From contig CAWESZ010000013.1 of the NCBI GenBank assembly GCA_963811865.1, positions 377,411 through 441,410 of the forward strand: a stretch of 64,000 nt of DNA, written 5' to 3'. Source of the DNA: an uncultured delta proteobacterium (GTDB lineage: Bacteria; Desulfobacterota; Binatia; Binatales; Binataceae). The notes beneath the pieces were generated by a model. It saw nothing but the letters and a program-made list of their open reading frames with translations, searched no databases and was not told the DNA's origin. Positions 1 through 9,111 of this stretch are shown here, in pieces. A program made the translations under genes and the position numbers. Position 1 is the first letter of the stretch, and every line of letters begins with the position of its first letter.

Positions 1-1773
1 TATCAAAGTGACCAGTTGCTTCTGGCGGTTTTCCTCGAACGCATTGATGGTCTTATCGTCACCCTTGTAGTAAGCAAGCGGATAGTACATCGCAAGCGAG
101 AAGAGGGGCTTTTCCTTCGAGAACGCTTTCTCGATCATCTCGAGCAGCCGCCCATAGGTCTTCTTCACCGAGTACGCGACCACGGTTGGATCTTCGCGAG
201 TCGGAAAGATTGTCTGAGACCCACCGCTCTGCTTCTGGCTTTCGCGGACGTAGCCGCGGCTCCGCTGAACCACAAGCGCGCGGAATAGGCTGTCATTGAA
301 CAGCACCTGCTCAGCCTCGACTTCATTGGTGGCGGCAGCGCCGTCAGATTCGCGTTGGTTTTCGCCGAGTGCCTGCTCCAGGTCGTTTTCGATCTTCCTG
401 AAGTGTCCAACCAGCGAGTGAATAGCAAGCGGGGCAGCCTTGAAGTAGTCGGCCTGACGGCGCGAGAAGAGCTCGATCATATGTTGCAGATCGAGCAGGC
501 TGTTGTTCACCGGCGTCGCGGTCAACATGAACAACGTCTTGCCCTCGACGATCTCGAACAGGCGCCAATAGCGCGAAGGCCGAACATCGCCTCTGCCCCG
601 GATGCCCGGAATCAGTTCGCCCCCGCCTCTAACTCCCGGATTTCGGAAGTGGTGCGCCTCGTCGATGATGATCACGTCGGCAAGCTCTTTCATCCGCTCA
701 AAGCGAGCTGGGAACTCGTTCGCACGGTTCAGGTCCGTATGATTGAACACGACGAGGTTGCTGAAATCCCCGAGTAAATGAGGAAGATACCGTTTCAACC
801 CGCTTTCCCAGACGGGCTCGCGAGCGGTCTTGGGCACCAGGAGCATCACGCGTTTGCGCTCGTACATCACTAGCCGCTCAATCAACATTAGGCCGACAAA
901 CGTCTTTCCAAGACCGACGCCATCGCAAAGAAATGCACCGCCATACTGGCGGCCAATCTTCATCAGGGCTTGGTAGCCCTCTTTCTGATACTGGTCGAGC
1001 ACCGGGAACATTCGCGAGTGAAGCTGTTCCCACTCCCCGGCCGAGACCTCGTGATTCCGGAAATATTCCTGCAGGGCCTTCGCGTAGACCTCAAATGGCA
1101 GGTATTCGTGAACCTGCCGCTCGACGACCTTCAGCACATCGGCCGAAATGTCCTCCGCTTCCTTCCAATGCCTCTCGAACCACTCCTGTAGGAGCTCCAC
1201 CTCGCGTCTCAACTGAACGTTGAGTTCAACATTCTGGCCCAGGCCCGGCGCGCTGAAGTTGCTCGAACCCACGAGTGCAGACGAGCCCACGACCGCCAGC
1301 TTCGCATGCGTTATATATGCCTTGGCGTGAAATCGGTCCTTCGTGTACGCGCGGCACTCAATTTTCTTCTGCCGCAGCGCATCCACAATCGCGGGAACCC
1401 CCGCAAGAAAGTCATTGCCCTCTTTCTCCCGTTCGATACTCTCATCGAGCTTCGAGCGAACACCGGACAGCACGCCCTCGAGTACTGCTTTCTTGGTCCG
1501 CTTGGAGACCTCGTCGCCCATCAAAATGCGGATCTTGTCCAGTTTCTGCCAGTGGCCATCGAGTATCAGAAGCGCCCCGACCTCAAAAAAGCCGGTGGCG
1601 ATATCGAAAGTGTGCGCAATTTCGGTCCACTCCCGGAGATAATCGCGCACCTTCCATTCCGCGTCGCTATTGTCGACGATCAGTACATCGCCACCGGCTC
1701 GCCTCTCTGGCGCCAAGCTGCCTTGTGCGGCCGACTGCCCTTGAGCCCTTTTCAAAACCGAGCGCTTCGCCAC
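1..1773 (-). CDS. PLD-family nuclease domain fused to SNF2/SF2 helicase; C-terminus lies beyond the left edge
   Basis: Absent from the ORF track because there is no stop inside the window. My own minus-strand translation from GTG 1773 (AGGGGGA upstream) stays open to nt 1. Motifs: RFHAKAYITHAKLAVVGSSALVGSSNFS (HxK...GSxN PLD motif), GVGLGKT (helicase motif I), VIIIDEAHHFRN (motif II), LTATPVNNS (motif III). Confidence 0.85.
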   Translation of the reverse strand, partial: MAKRSVLKRAQGQSAAQGSLAPERRAGGDVLIVDNSDAEWKVRDYLREWTEIAHTFDIATGFFEVGALLILDGHWQKLDKIRILMGDEVSKRTKKAVLEGVLSGVRSKLDESIEREKEGNDFLAGVPAIVDALRQKKIECRAYTKDRFHAKAYITHAKLAVVGSSALVGSSNFSAPGLGQNVELNVQLRREVELLQEWFERHWKEAEDISADVLKVVERQVHEYLPFEVYAKALQEYFRNHEVSAGEWEQLHSRMFPVLDQYQKEGYQALMKIGRQYGGAFLCDGVGLGKTFVGLMLIERLVMYERKRVMLLVPKTAREPVWESGLKRYLPHLLGDFSNLVVFNHTDLNRANEFPARFERMKELADVIIIDEAHHFRNPGVRGGGELIPGIRGRGDVRPSRYWRLFEIVEGKTLFMLTATPVNNSLLDLQHMIELFSRRQADYFKAAPLAIHSLVGHFRKIENDLEQALGENQRESDGAAATNEVEAEQVLFNDSLFRALVVQRSRGYVRESQKQSGGSQTIFPTREDPTVVAYSVKKTYGRLLEMIEKAFSKEKPLFSLAMYYPLAYYKGDDKTINAFEENRQKQLVTLI

Positions 1774-2030
1774 AGAATCCCCCTACTGGTTCGCCTTCGC
1801 TGACTTGCCCGCCGATGCTCCACCACCCGGCAGCGGACCCCCGCGCCTTCGTTTCTCCGTGCCGACCGAAATTTCGCCTTGACCCACCGACTGTTCGCCC
1901 CGGATCGTGAGCGTAGACTCGGAGTTGATTGAGCGCAAACGGCACAGGTCGCCCCTGATCGCCCCCCCGCCGCAAGCGATACCTGCCTTCGACCGCTACG
2001 TCGACGCACCGAACTGAAGCCATTTCCCCC

Positions 2031-2296
2031 GGCTGCGGCGGCAGAGTTCATCTGTGTTCATCCGTGGTTAGTTTATTTCTGGCGCCTCAGCCCGTTCCCC
2101 GAATGCATTACAATCGACGCGCCGAGCCGAAGCCAATTCCTGTGGCTGCGTTGGCAGAGTTCATCTGTGTTCATCCGTGGTTAGCTTATTTCTGGCGCCT
2201 CAGCCTGTTCCCCGAATGCATTACAATCGACGCGCCGAGCCGAAGCCAATTCCTGTGGCTGCGTTGGCAGAGTTCATCTGTGTTCATCTGTGGTTA
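2031..2296. repeat. 113-bp tandem repeat, 2.3 copies; each unit opens with the 31-nt REP/MITE-like motif GGCAGAGTTCATCTGTGTTCATC(C/T)GTGGTTA
   Basis: Units start at 2040, 2153 and 2266 (period 113). Copies 1 and 2 differ at only 2 positions. Copy 3 ends after the motif. The motif contains the tandem decamer GTTCATC(T/C)GT twice. Confidence 0.95.
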
Positions 2297-2349
2297 AATT
2301 GTCCGGCAAGGGGCGGCGGGTTACCGGACCAGCCCCTACGGAGGCGAAA

Positions 2350-2802
2350 ATGAAAAGGCGCGACCAAATCAAGCTGACACCCGAGGAACAGGCGATATTT
2401 CTCCGCGACGCCCGCAACGCCGCCCTGGCGACCTTGGACAAGGACGGGTTTCCCCGCGTCGTCGCGATGAACTTCCTGGCCCGTGACGGCGCGATCCGTA
2501 TGACTTCGTACGGCAAGGCGCAAAAGGTGATCAACATTCAGCGCAATCCCAAGGTGGCCGTGATGGTCGAGACCGGCAGAACCTATTCAGACCTGCGCGC
2601 AGTAATGATTCGCGGCGAATGCCAGGTTATCGCAGACACCGCCACAGTCGAGGCGACCATGCACGCAATTCGCGAGAAAGATGCCGGCGGCGCCGCCCTA
2701 CCGCGCGGCCCGCTAGCGAGCGCACGCAAGCGGGTCGTGCTCAAGGTGATCCCAAAGAAAATCGCAAGCTGGGATCACTCCAAACTAGCCGGCCGGTACT
2801 GA
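2350..2802 (+). CDS. pyridoxamine 5'-phosphate oxidase-family (split-barrel, PPOX/F420-type) protein
   Basis: ATG 2350 follows GGAGG, in frame with track ORF 2290..2802. The sequence (LTPEEQAIFLRDARNAALATLDKDGFPRVVAMNF...VMVETG...RAVMIRG) is typical of the PPOX class. Confidence 0.7.
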   Translation: MKRRDQIKLTPEEQAIFLRDARNAALATLDKDGFPRVVAMNFLARDGAIRMTSYGKAQKVINIQRNPKVAVMVETGRTYSDLRAVMIRGECQVIADTATVEATMHAIREKDAGGAALPRGPLASARKRVVLKVIPKKIASWDHSKLAGRY

Positions 2803-2952
2803 GCAACCCGCGCCCACCCGGCCCCCCCGATTCCGCCGCCGACCCGGATCGCGCCCGCTATGCGCCAGGCCCATTCGCCCGCCGTTTCGAGTCCCTGCCA
2901 ATCCGGCTCCCCTGCGTTTGACTGTCGCGCATTGTTAGTGCATAGTAGCACG

Positions 2953-3135
2953 ATGCAAGGCACGCTGACCATCCGGATAGACGCGGCGCTCAAGCAGGAG
3001 GCTGAGAAGAAGGCCGCCGAGCGGGACGAAACGCTTTCGCAAGTAGTGCGGCGCGCTCTCCGCGATTACGTGTCCGAGCGCGGCCGGCGTGCGAGGTTCA
3101 CGCCCAAGGCGGATTCAAGTCGCAAGAGTGTATGA
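2953..3135 (+). CDS. ribbon-helix-helix (CopG/Arc-type) protein, antitoxin-like
   Basis: Internal ATG of ORF 2860..3135. MQGTLTIRIDAALKQEAEKKAAERDETLSQVVRRALRDYV shows the beta-strand plus two helices RHH pattern. Its stop overlaps the next start (ATGA at 3132). Confidence 0.7.
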   Translation: MQGTLTIRIDAALKQEAEKKAAERDETLSQVVRRALRDYVSERGRRARFTPKADSSRKSV

Positions 3136-3434
3136 GGCCCCAGAAGCCGGAAGCGAGAACGCAACATTCGATCGAGACACTGAAGCTACGTGGCTACAAC
3201 GATTTCATCGGTCATACCGTGCAACCGAACGGGACGCGCAAATGCGGAGCTTCGGAATGGCCGCATATAATCGAGCTGATAGCAGGGCCCTGTTATACCG
3301 GCGGCGGCTGGCACAACTTCGCGGCCGACGGCGTGTGCCAAGATTGCGGCATCAAGAGTGCCTGGGTATTCGGTATCGAAGGCGCCGATTCCAAACCAAT
3401 TTGGAGAAGATGGGGCCGGAGGCAAGCGAGATGA
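3132..3434 (+). CDS. hypothetical Cys/Trp-rich 100-aa protein, middle gene of the RHH cassette
   Basis: Track ORF. ATGA overlaps on both sides (3132 and 3431). Codon-position pattern looks coding. No recognisable family (CGASEW...CYTGGGWHNF...CQDCG). Confidence 0.5.
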   Translation: MRPQKPEARTQHSIETLKLRGYNDFIGHTVQPNGTRKCGASEWPHIIELIAGPCYTGGGWHNFAADGVCQDCGIKSAWVFGIEGADSKPIWRRWGRRQAR

Positions 3435-3664
3435 AACGAGTCTACCGTCTGACAGCGCAGGTACTCGAAACCGAGCTTCACAAGGCCGAAACCCACGGGT
3501 GTCAACGCCGGAGCGAAAGTACATCAGTGGGCCGGAGTGAAAATGCATCAGTTAGAGGGGCAGAGGAATCGTGGTTTGACTTCCGGCAGGGGGAGCGCGA
3601 GGGGGATATCCCCCTCGCTGTTGCCGCGAGTGGCTAGTCTCGTCGCGACGTGATCGGAGCAGTC

Positions 3665-4444
3665 TTATCCGGGTTCCTGGGGTGGCTGATCGTCACTGAT
3701 CCGGCGCTTGCTGTGTTTGAGCCTGAAGCTGTCGCCGTTGAGCTCGAGGATGTGAACGTGGTGGGTGAGGCGGTCGAGCAGCGCTCCGGTCAGGCGCTCG
3801 GAGGCGAACACGCCGGTCCATTCATCGAAGGGCAGATTGCTGGTAACGATGATCGAGCCGCGCTCGTAGCGCTGGCTGAAGACCTCGAACAGCAACTCGG
3901 CGCCGATCGGTGAGAGCGGAACGTAGCCCAGCTCGTCGACGATCAGAAGTTTGTAACCTGCGAACAGCCGTTGCAGGCGCAGCAGACGCTTTTCATCGCG
4001 TGCTTCGTGGAGCTCGTTGACCAGGGCGGCGGCGGTGGTGAAGCCGACCGGAAGACCCTTCTGGCAGGCGGCCAGCCCGAGCCCCAGCGCAATGTGGGTC
4101 TTGCCGGTGCCGCTGTTGCCGAGCGCGATGACATTCTCGCGGCGGGCCACATACTCCGAACGGGCCAGTTCCAGCACCAGGGTCTTGTTGAGCGAGGGGA
4201 TGGCGGTGAAGTCGAAGCTGTCGAGGCTTTTGACCGCCGGGAACCTGGCCTCCTTGATCCGGCGCTCGACGGTCCGCCGTTCCCGCTCGATCATCTCCAG
4301 CTCGGCCAGCCGCAGCAGGTAGCGGGCGTGGTCGACACCTTCGGCGGCGCACTGGCGGGCGAGCTTGTCGTACTCCCGCAGGAAGGTCGGCAGCCGCAGC
4401 GCCTTCAAGTGATGGGCGAGCAGCACCTGCGGGGTATCGCTCAT
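3665..4444 (-). CDS. istB: IS21-family helper ATPase IstB
   Basis: Internal ATG 4444 overlaps the istA stop (ATGA). Walker A GNSGTGKTH, LLIVDELGY, and the typical IstB C-terminus. Confidence 0.95.
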   Translation of the reverse strand: MSDTPQVLLAHHLKALRLPTFLREYDKLARQCAAEGVDHARYLLRLAELEMIERERRTVERRIKEARFPAVKSLDSFDFTAIPSLNKTLVLELARSEYVARRENVIALGNSGTGKTHIALGLGLAACQKGLPVGFTTAAALVNELHEARDEKRLLRLQRLFAGYKLLIVDELGYVPLSPIGAELLFEVFSQRYERGSIIVTSNLPFDEWTGVFASERLTGALLDRLTHHVHILELNGDSFRLKHSKRRISDDQPPQEPG

Positions 4445-5940
4445 GATGCTGCTCCCGCCAGCAGCCTCAGGTAGGCCCGGGCCGAGGTGGTCGCCACCGT
4501 GGCCTGCGGCAGGTAGGGATAGATCTTGAGGTCCAGCCGCGGCGGGCGGCGCTCGATCCGGCACAACACCAGATGCTTGACCGCATCGAAGCCGATCACG
4601 CCACGGGCGATCGCTGTTCTGACCCCGGCCAGCACATCGTCGGGGTGGAACACCTCCATCAAGCGCAGGACCTGGACGAACTCCCGCTTGCCGGGCTTGC
4701 CCATGCGGGCTTCGAGCAGCCGGCGCAGGGTCGCGAACTCTTCGGGCAACTGCCAGACGGCCAGCGGCGCGGCTTGATCCAGTGCGCCGATCTTCCGCTC
4801 CAGCAGCGCCAGATAGTGCAAGGGGTTGAAGACGAAGTCCTCGCGCTCATAGGACCGCGGATGACGAGCGATCTCCTCGGCGCCGCAGGCGATCACCACC
4901 TCGTGGACGTAGCCGCGGACCAGCACTTCGCGGTGGCCGTAGGCGGTCGGCACGGAGTAGTCGTTGCTCCGGTAGCGCACCAGGGACAACGAGCTGACCC
5001 GGGCCACCTTCTTCTCGCAGGCTTCGTAGGGAGTCGCCGGCAGCGCCAGCAAGGCGGCGCGGTCTCGCACCAGCCGCTCGCCGATGGTCTCATCATGACC
5101 ACGCAGCCGGTCGCCCAGCCGGCGCCGACAGTGCTCCAGCAACTGCGCGTTGAGCTCGGCGAAGCTGGTCGCTCGTGGGATTGGCACCATGAAGTTGCGC
5201 CGCGCGTAGCCGACCAACCCTTCGACCTTGCCCTTGTCGTTGCCCTTGCCCGGCCGCCCGAAGCGGTCGGCGAACAGATAGTGCGACTGCAGCTCGCTGA
5301 AGACTCTGGTCCGCAGCCGCCGGCCATCGCCCAGGATGCTCGCCACTGCCAGTTTGGTGTTGTCGTACAGGATCGAGCGCGGTACTCCGCTGAAGAACTC
5401 GAAGCCGGCGTTGTGCCCTTCACAGAAGGCTTCGCTACTCTCCGCCGGATAGGCCTGTACCAGGCAGCCGTCGCTGTGCGGCAAATCCATCGCGAAGAAG
5501 TGGATCTTTCGCTCCACTCCCCCGATCACCGCCCGCGCCTCGCCGAAGTCTACTTGCGCGTGCCCCGGATCGTGCCGCAACGGCACGAACATCTCGCGCT
5601 GCCGCTGCCGATGCTCGTGCACGTAGTCCTTGACGACGGTGATCCCGCCGCTATACCCGTGCTCGTCCCGCAACCGCTCGAAGATCCGCTTCGAGGTATG
5701 CTGCTGTTTGGCCGGCTGTCCCTTATCGTCCGCCAGGATTCGGTCAATGATCCCGATGAACGGATCGAGCTTCGGCCGCGCCGGCGGCTGGCTCCGCCGG
5801 TATCCCGGCGGTACCGAGAACGCCAGCATCTTCGCCACCGTCCGCGGATCGATACCGAATCGCCGCGCCGCCTCCCGCCGGCTCATCCCCTCAACGAAAA
5901 CCGCGCGCCGCACCTGCCCATACAGTTCCACGCCTTTCAT
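4441..5940 (-). CDS. istA: IS21-family transposase IstA
   Basis: 499-aa track ORF with an N-terminal HTH (MSRREAARRFGIDPRTVAKM) and an integrase/DDE core, followed by istB. Confidence 0.95.
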   Translation of the reverse strand: MKGVELYGQVRRAVFVEGMSRREAARRFGIDPRTVAKMLAFSVPPGYRRSQPPARPKLDPFIGIIDRILADDKGQPAKQQHTSKRIFERLRDEHGYSGGITVVKDYVHEHRQRQREMFVPLRHDPGHAQVDFGEARAVIGGVERKIHFFAMDLPHSDGCLVQAYPAESSEAFCEGHNAGFEFFSGVPRSILYDNTKLAVASILGDGRRLRTRVFSELQSHYLFADRFGRPGKGNDKGKVEGLVGYARRNFMVPIPRATSFAELNAQLLEHCRRRLGDRLRGHDETIGERLVRDRAALLALPATPYEACEKKVARVSSLSLVRYRSNDYSVPTAYGHREVLVRGYVHEVVIACGAEEIARHPRSYEREDFVFNPLHYLALLERKIGALDQAAPLAVWQLPEEFATLRRLLEARMGKPGKREFVQVLRLMEVFHPDDVLAGVRTAIARGVIGFDAVKHLVLCRIERRPPRLDLKIYPYLPQATVATTSARAYLRLLAGAAS

Positions 5941-6269
5941 CCCTCCGCCCTCTGCCCATCTTGGCAGATGGCCTGCCGCTGCCGGACTTTTGCTCCGGCG
6001 CGACCGGACTACCCGGCCGCTTCACTGAGGGATTTTCTCTCCGGCGCTCTCACACGGGCGTTTTGCAGAGCGCTACCCCCTTCTTCGCGACATCGCCCAT
6101 TGTCTGGCTCTGAGTTTCGGAAGCGCCGACCCAAACTTCCGGGCCGAACAATTTGCAAGTGCCTGCGGAATGCCGGAAATCGCCCGATGAGGATGCTCAT
6201 CGCCGGGCACTCAAAGGGCTCGTAGCTCCCGGTGTCTGCCGGCTCCCCGCATTCGTGGCTCTCGATGAT

Positions 6270-6704
6270 TTAGTCTTCTGTTTGGTCGTGGGTCGTCATT
6301 GTACCGAGGAGTAGGCGTATTTTTTTGATGACACGTTGAGGGCTTCCGAGCTGGTGCTCCCATATCCTTAGTACCGTCCAGCCGTCGCCGCGAAGAATGC
6401 GATTCACCGTTCGGTCGCGCTTGCGGTTTGCCGCGAGCTTTTTCTCCCAAAACCCGCGGTTGTTTGACGGCTGTGTACCGCACCTCGGGCAGCAGTGCCA
6501 GAAGCACCCGTCTACAAATACGGCAAGTCGCGCAGTCTTGAATGCAAAGTCGGGCCTGCCCTCGACGCGCGCATGACGCCGCCAACCATAGATGTGCGAC
6601 GCGCGAAGCAGCTCCAACAGCGCCAACTCCGTCGCGCGATTGCCGCGTCCTCTGATTCGCGACATCACCTCTGAGCGTTTTTCTTTGGTGAAAACGTCGC
6701 TCAT
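6270..6704 (-). CDS. vsr: very short patch repair endonuclease
   Basis: 144-aa ORF with SRIRGRGNRATELALLELL, RPDFAF, FVDGCFWHCCPRC and WTVLRIWEH, all hallmarks of Vsr. Confidence 0.93.
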   Translation of the reverse strand: MSDVFTKEKRSEVMSRIRGRGNRATELALLELLRASHIYGWRRHARVEGRPDFAFKTARLAVFVDGCFWHCCPRCGTQPSNNRGFWEKKLAANRKRDRTVNRILRGDGWTVLRIWEHQLGSPQRVIKKIRLLLGTMTTHDQTED

Positions 6705-6793
6705 TGCCGCTGCGGCTCCAGCGATAATAGAGGCATGGCGTTTCTGAACGAACGTGGTAACTTGGTCAACCAGATCCGATTCGGGGAGGCCAC

Positions 6794-7749
6794 GTGGCTA
6801 CAGCATTGGACCTTTTTTGCGGTGCGGGAGGCGGCAGCGCGGGAGCCCGCGCGGCGGGCTTCGACGTGATCGCCGCCATCGATATGTGTCCAATTGCGAC
6901 GCAGACGTTTAAAGCAAACTTCCCGAGTAGCCAGGTTTTCACCGAGCGCCTCGAAGGCCTGCATCCGGGTAATTTAGGCCGACGCTTGGGTAAAATCGAT
7001 CTACTGCTCGCCTCCCCAGAATGCACTAATCACACGTGCGCTAGGGGCTCTGCACCGCGCGACGAGCAGAGCCGTGCCACGGCCATGCAAGTAGTCCGAT
7101 ATGCAAGCGCCCTACTGCCGCGCTGGCTCGTACTCGAGAAACGTGATCCACATGCGCCCTTGGTCCCGCTACGCTGAATTGAAGGAAAAAATCCGCCGGT
7201 TGGGGTACAGTGTGACGGAACAGATACTCGACGCGTCCGATTTCGGCGTCGCGCAGACCCGCCGCAGACTTTTCATTGTGGGAGATCGCGAACGCCCACC
7301 GACGGTCGTCACAGAGAAGCGACGCGGTCGGCGTCGGGCAGCGAAATCTATCCTCGATCCGCCCGGCACCTGGGACACCACACCGCTATTTGCACCGACG
7401 AGAGCGCCCGCGACGCTCGAAAGAGCCCGGCGCGCCTTTGCTGCGTTGGGTGATCACGCGACTTTTCTCCTTGTGTATTACGGAACCGACGGGAGCGGCG
7501 GCTGGCAACCTTTGGGGCGCCCTCTTCGCACCATTACCACTATTGATCGTTTCGCGCTGATCCAGCCTTGCCGGAACAATCCCCGGATTCCGAATGCTGC
7601 AGGTACCCGAACTGAAGCGTGCGATGGGGTTCTCCGACAGCTTCGCGCTGCCAACTGGCACCCGCCGCGAGCGCGTCCGTTTGCTTGGTAATGCGGTCTG
7701 TCCTCCCGTCATGGAAGCAGTCGTGAGGGCATTGACCAAGCACGGGTAG
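6794..7749 (+). pseudogene. dcm: DNA (cytosine-5)-methyltransferase, interrupted by two +1 frameshifts
   Basis: Motif I DLFCGAGG and catalytic SPEC in frame 1. LVLENV is only readable after skipping one A of AAA 7139-7141. QTRRRLFIVG (motif VIII) is in frame 2. RMLQVPELKRAMGF...LLGNAVCPPV (motifs IX-X) is in frame 3, after the CCCC run at 7581-7584. Stop TAG at 7747-7749. Confidence 0.85.
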
Positions 7750-8057
7750 CCCCCGGGGATCGTCACTTCGGCTTCTTTTCCCCGGTCTCATTTGGCGGCG
7801 TCTGCAAAGCCTTTTTCTCATGAAACGAGATAATACCGGGTCGGGCACCGTAGCTGTGAAATCTATATGCTAGGTCATTCAGCAACGCTTCGCGAACACG
7901 AAATAGGACGGGGGATTTCTTCGCTTCCCCCCTAGACAATGACACCTGAAACCGCGAGTTGACCACCAGAAGTCGCGTTTTGCCCCCGATGGCGACCGGT
8001 GGACTGATCCACAGGGCCCCGGGGCCGTCCCCTTCGATTTCGATTCAAATGGCATTT

Positions 8058-9111
8058 CTAATCCCAGCAAATAGGGCAGTGGCCCTGGCTGCTGCTGCGC
8101 AAAGTCGCAGGCGGCTTGTATCTGGACGTAGAATCCACCGAAACCGGCCGTCGGTGTCCGCATAGTCCTTGCAAGCGAACTGCTCCGACGCGAGCTCCTT
8201 CGCCTTCGTGCCGAAGCGATTCTCGAATTTCGCTGCGTGCGATGGCGGAAGTCCAATAACCGCACCGCGATCGTGTAGACGAGGTGCCTTCCCCTTCCGC
8301 AATCTGAAGCAGACGATTTAATCTGGCCGCCTCCTCCGCCTTCAGTTCCCTGCGGATGTCTTCGGGCCCGAACGCGCCCCTCCACACCCTCTCGTCGGCA
8401 GGCCGGCCTTCAAGGAAGGCGATGCGGTCCGCCAGAATAGGAAGCAGCGTCCCATTGACAGCTTGGAACCGATCCCTCTCCACGTGGGCTTCCCCAACGG
8501 CCTCAACAGCTAGCCTGCACAGCAGGCGTCCCAGTTCCCGATCGTGCTTCGGATCGGCAACGGCAGTGGTCAGATCAATAACAGCCGACACGGTTTCAGC
8601 GGCTGCATCGAGTACGCGCTCCTCCCAATTGAAAAGCGCCGCTATTTTGAGCCCGCTCGCTGACTATCTTTTCAATGGCGGCCACGAGCTTGCTAACGTT
8701 CCTTACTTTTCCCGCTGAGTCGAGATGTTTCGTCTTATCGAGCGATGCTACCGCGAACGGCTTCCGTACCCCCACGACATGTTTGTCGAGAAACTCTCGC
8801 AGAGCATTTGCCTGGCCCGCGAACCTGGTCCAGAGGACGATAATGTAGGGACCGGTCGGGGCAAGACTTTCCTCGATGAGGCCTCCGATCATTGCGAAGT
8901 GTCTGGCATGATTGCCGTTTCCAGCGCCGCTCTCGTTGAGATGAAGGTCTGCAAAGATGACACGAACTCGCGGACAGCTCTTCAACTCACTCACGTCGCC
9001 AGTAAACAAAATCGGCAGGCAGGCCGCGCCAAACCGGTTCAGGGCATCCGCAAGCCCTCGGAGATCCAGTTCGTTATCGTCGATGATGATGATCCGCGGT
9101 GCGGGGAGCAT
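8058..9111 (-). pseudogene. response-regulator receiver (REC) domain protein with an unrecognised helical output domain; at least 1 frameshift and an uncertain 3' end
   Basis: ATG 9111 directly follows the TAA of the upstream kinase gene. REC residues present: IIIIDDN, VIFADLHL, IIVLWT, VRKPF. The frame is lost in an A4 run (plus-strand TTTT 8645-8648) and continues as IAALFNWEERVLDAAAETV...LLQIAEGEG (track ORF 8058..8591). More coding-like pieces in other frames reach about 7879. Confidence 0.65.

Larger units (their letters stand above)
3500..6054 (-). mobile_element. IS21-family insertion sequence, complete (2555 bp), with 4-bp target duplication CGGG
   Basis: The ends read TGTCAACGCCGGAGCGAAAGT... 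(3500 inward) and TGTGAGAGCGCCGGAGAGAAAAT... (6054 inward, reverse complement). A second internal copy of the CGCCGGAG-GAAA-T site sits at each end (3530-3544 and 5986-6000), as expected for IS21 multiple terminal repeats. CGGG is present at 3496-3499 and 6055-6058. istA and istB lie inside. Confidence 0.9.
3431..6190 (+). pseudogene. 66-aa hypothetical ORF split by the IS21-family insertion (exon-like parts 3431..3499 and 6059..6190)
   Basis: Removing 3500..6058 (the IS plus one CGGG copy) joins the parts exactly in frame: MKRVYRLTAQVLETELHKAETHG|RFAERYPLLRDIAHCLALSFGSADPNFRAEQFASACGMPEIAR*. The ATG overlaps the stop of the upstream gene. Confidence 0.6.

Noticed and set aside
2031-2296. Possible CRISPR array: a regularly spaced 31-nt repeat with ~82-nt intervening sequences.
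   Set aside because: The intervening 'spacers' are the same sequence (2 mismatches), there are only 2.3 units, and no cas genes are present. This is a plain tandem duplication.
3597-3618. Perfect 22-bp palindrome GCGAGGGGGATATCCCCCTCGC downstream of istB, considered as an IS boundary or a terminator.
   Set aside because: It lies inside the IS, whose ends map to 3500 and 6054. No U-tract follows it. It may be an internal IS feature, but I cannot assign a role.
4573-6225. Long antisense ORFs in the track, e.g. 4573..6225 +, 47237..49522 +, 38725..40134 -, 16342..17562 +, 29567..30721 -.
   Set aside because: These are shadow ORFs opposite well-supported genes in high-GC DNA. Their translations are Arg/Ala/Gly/Pro-rich with no motifs.
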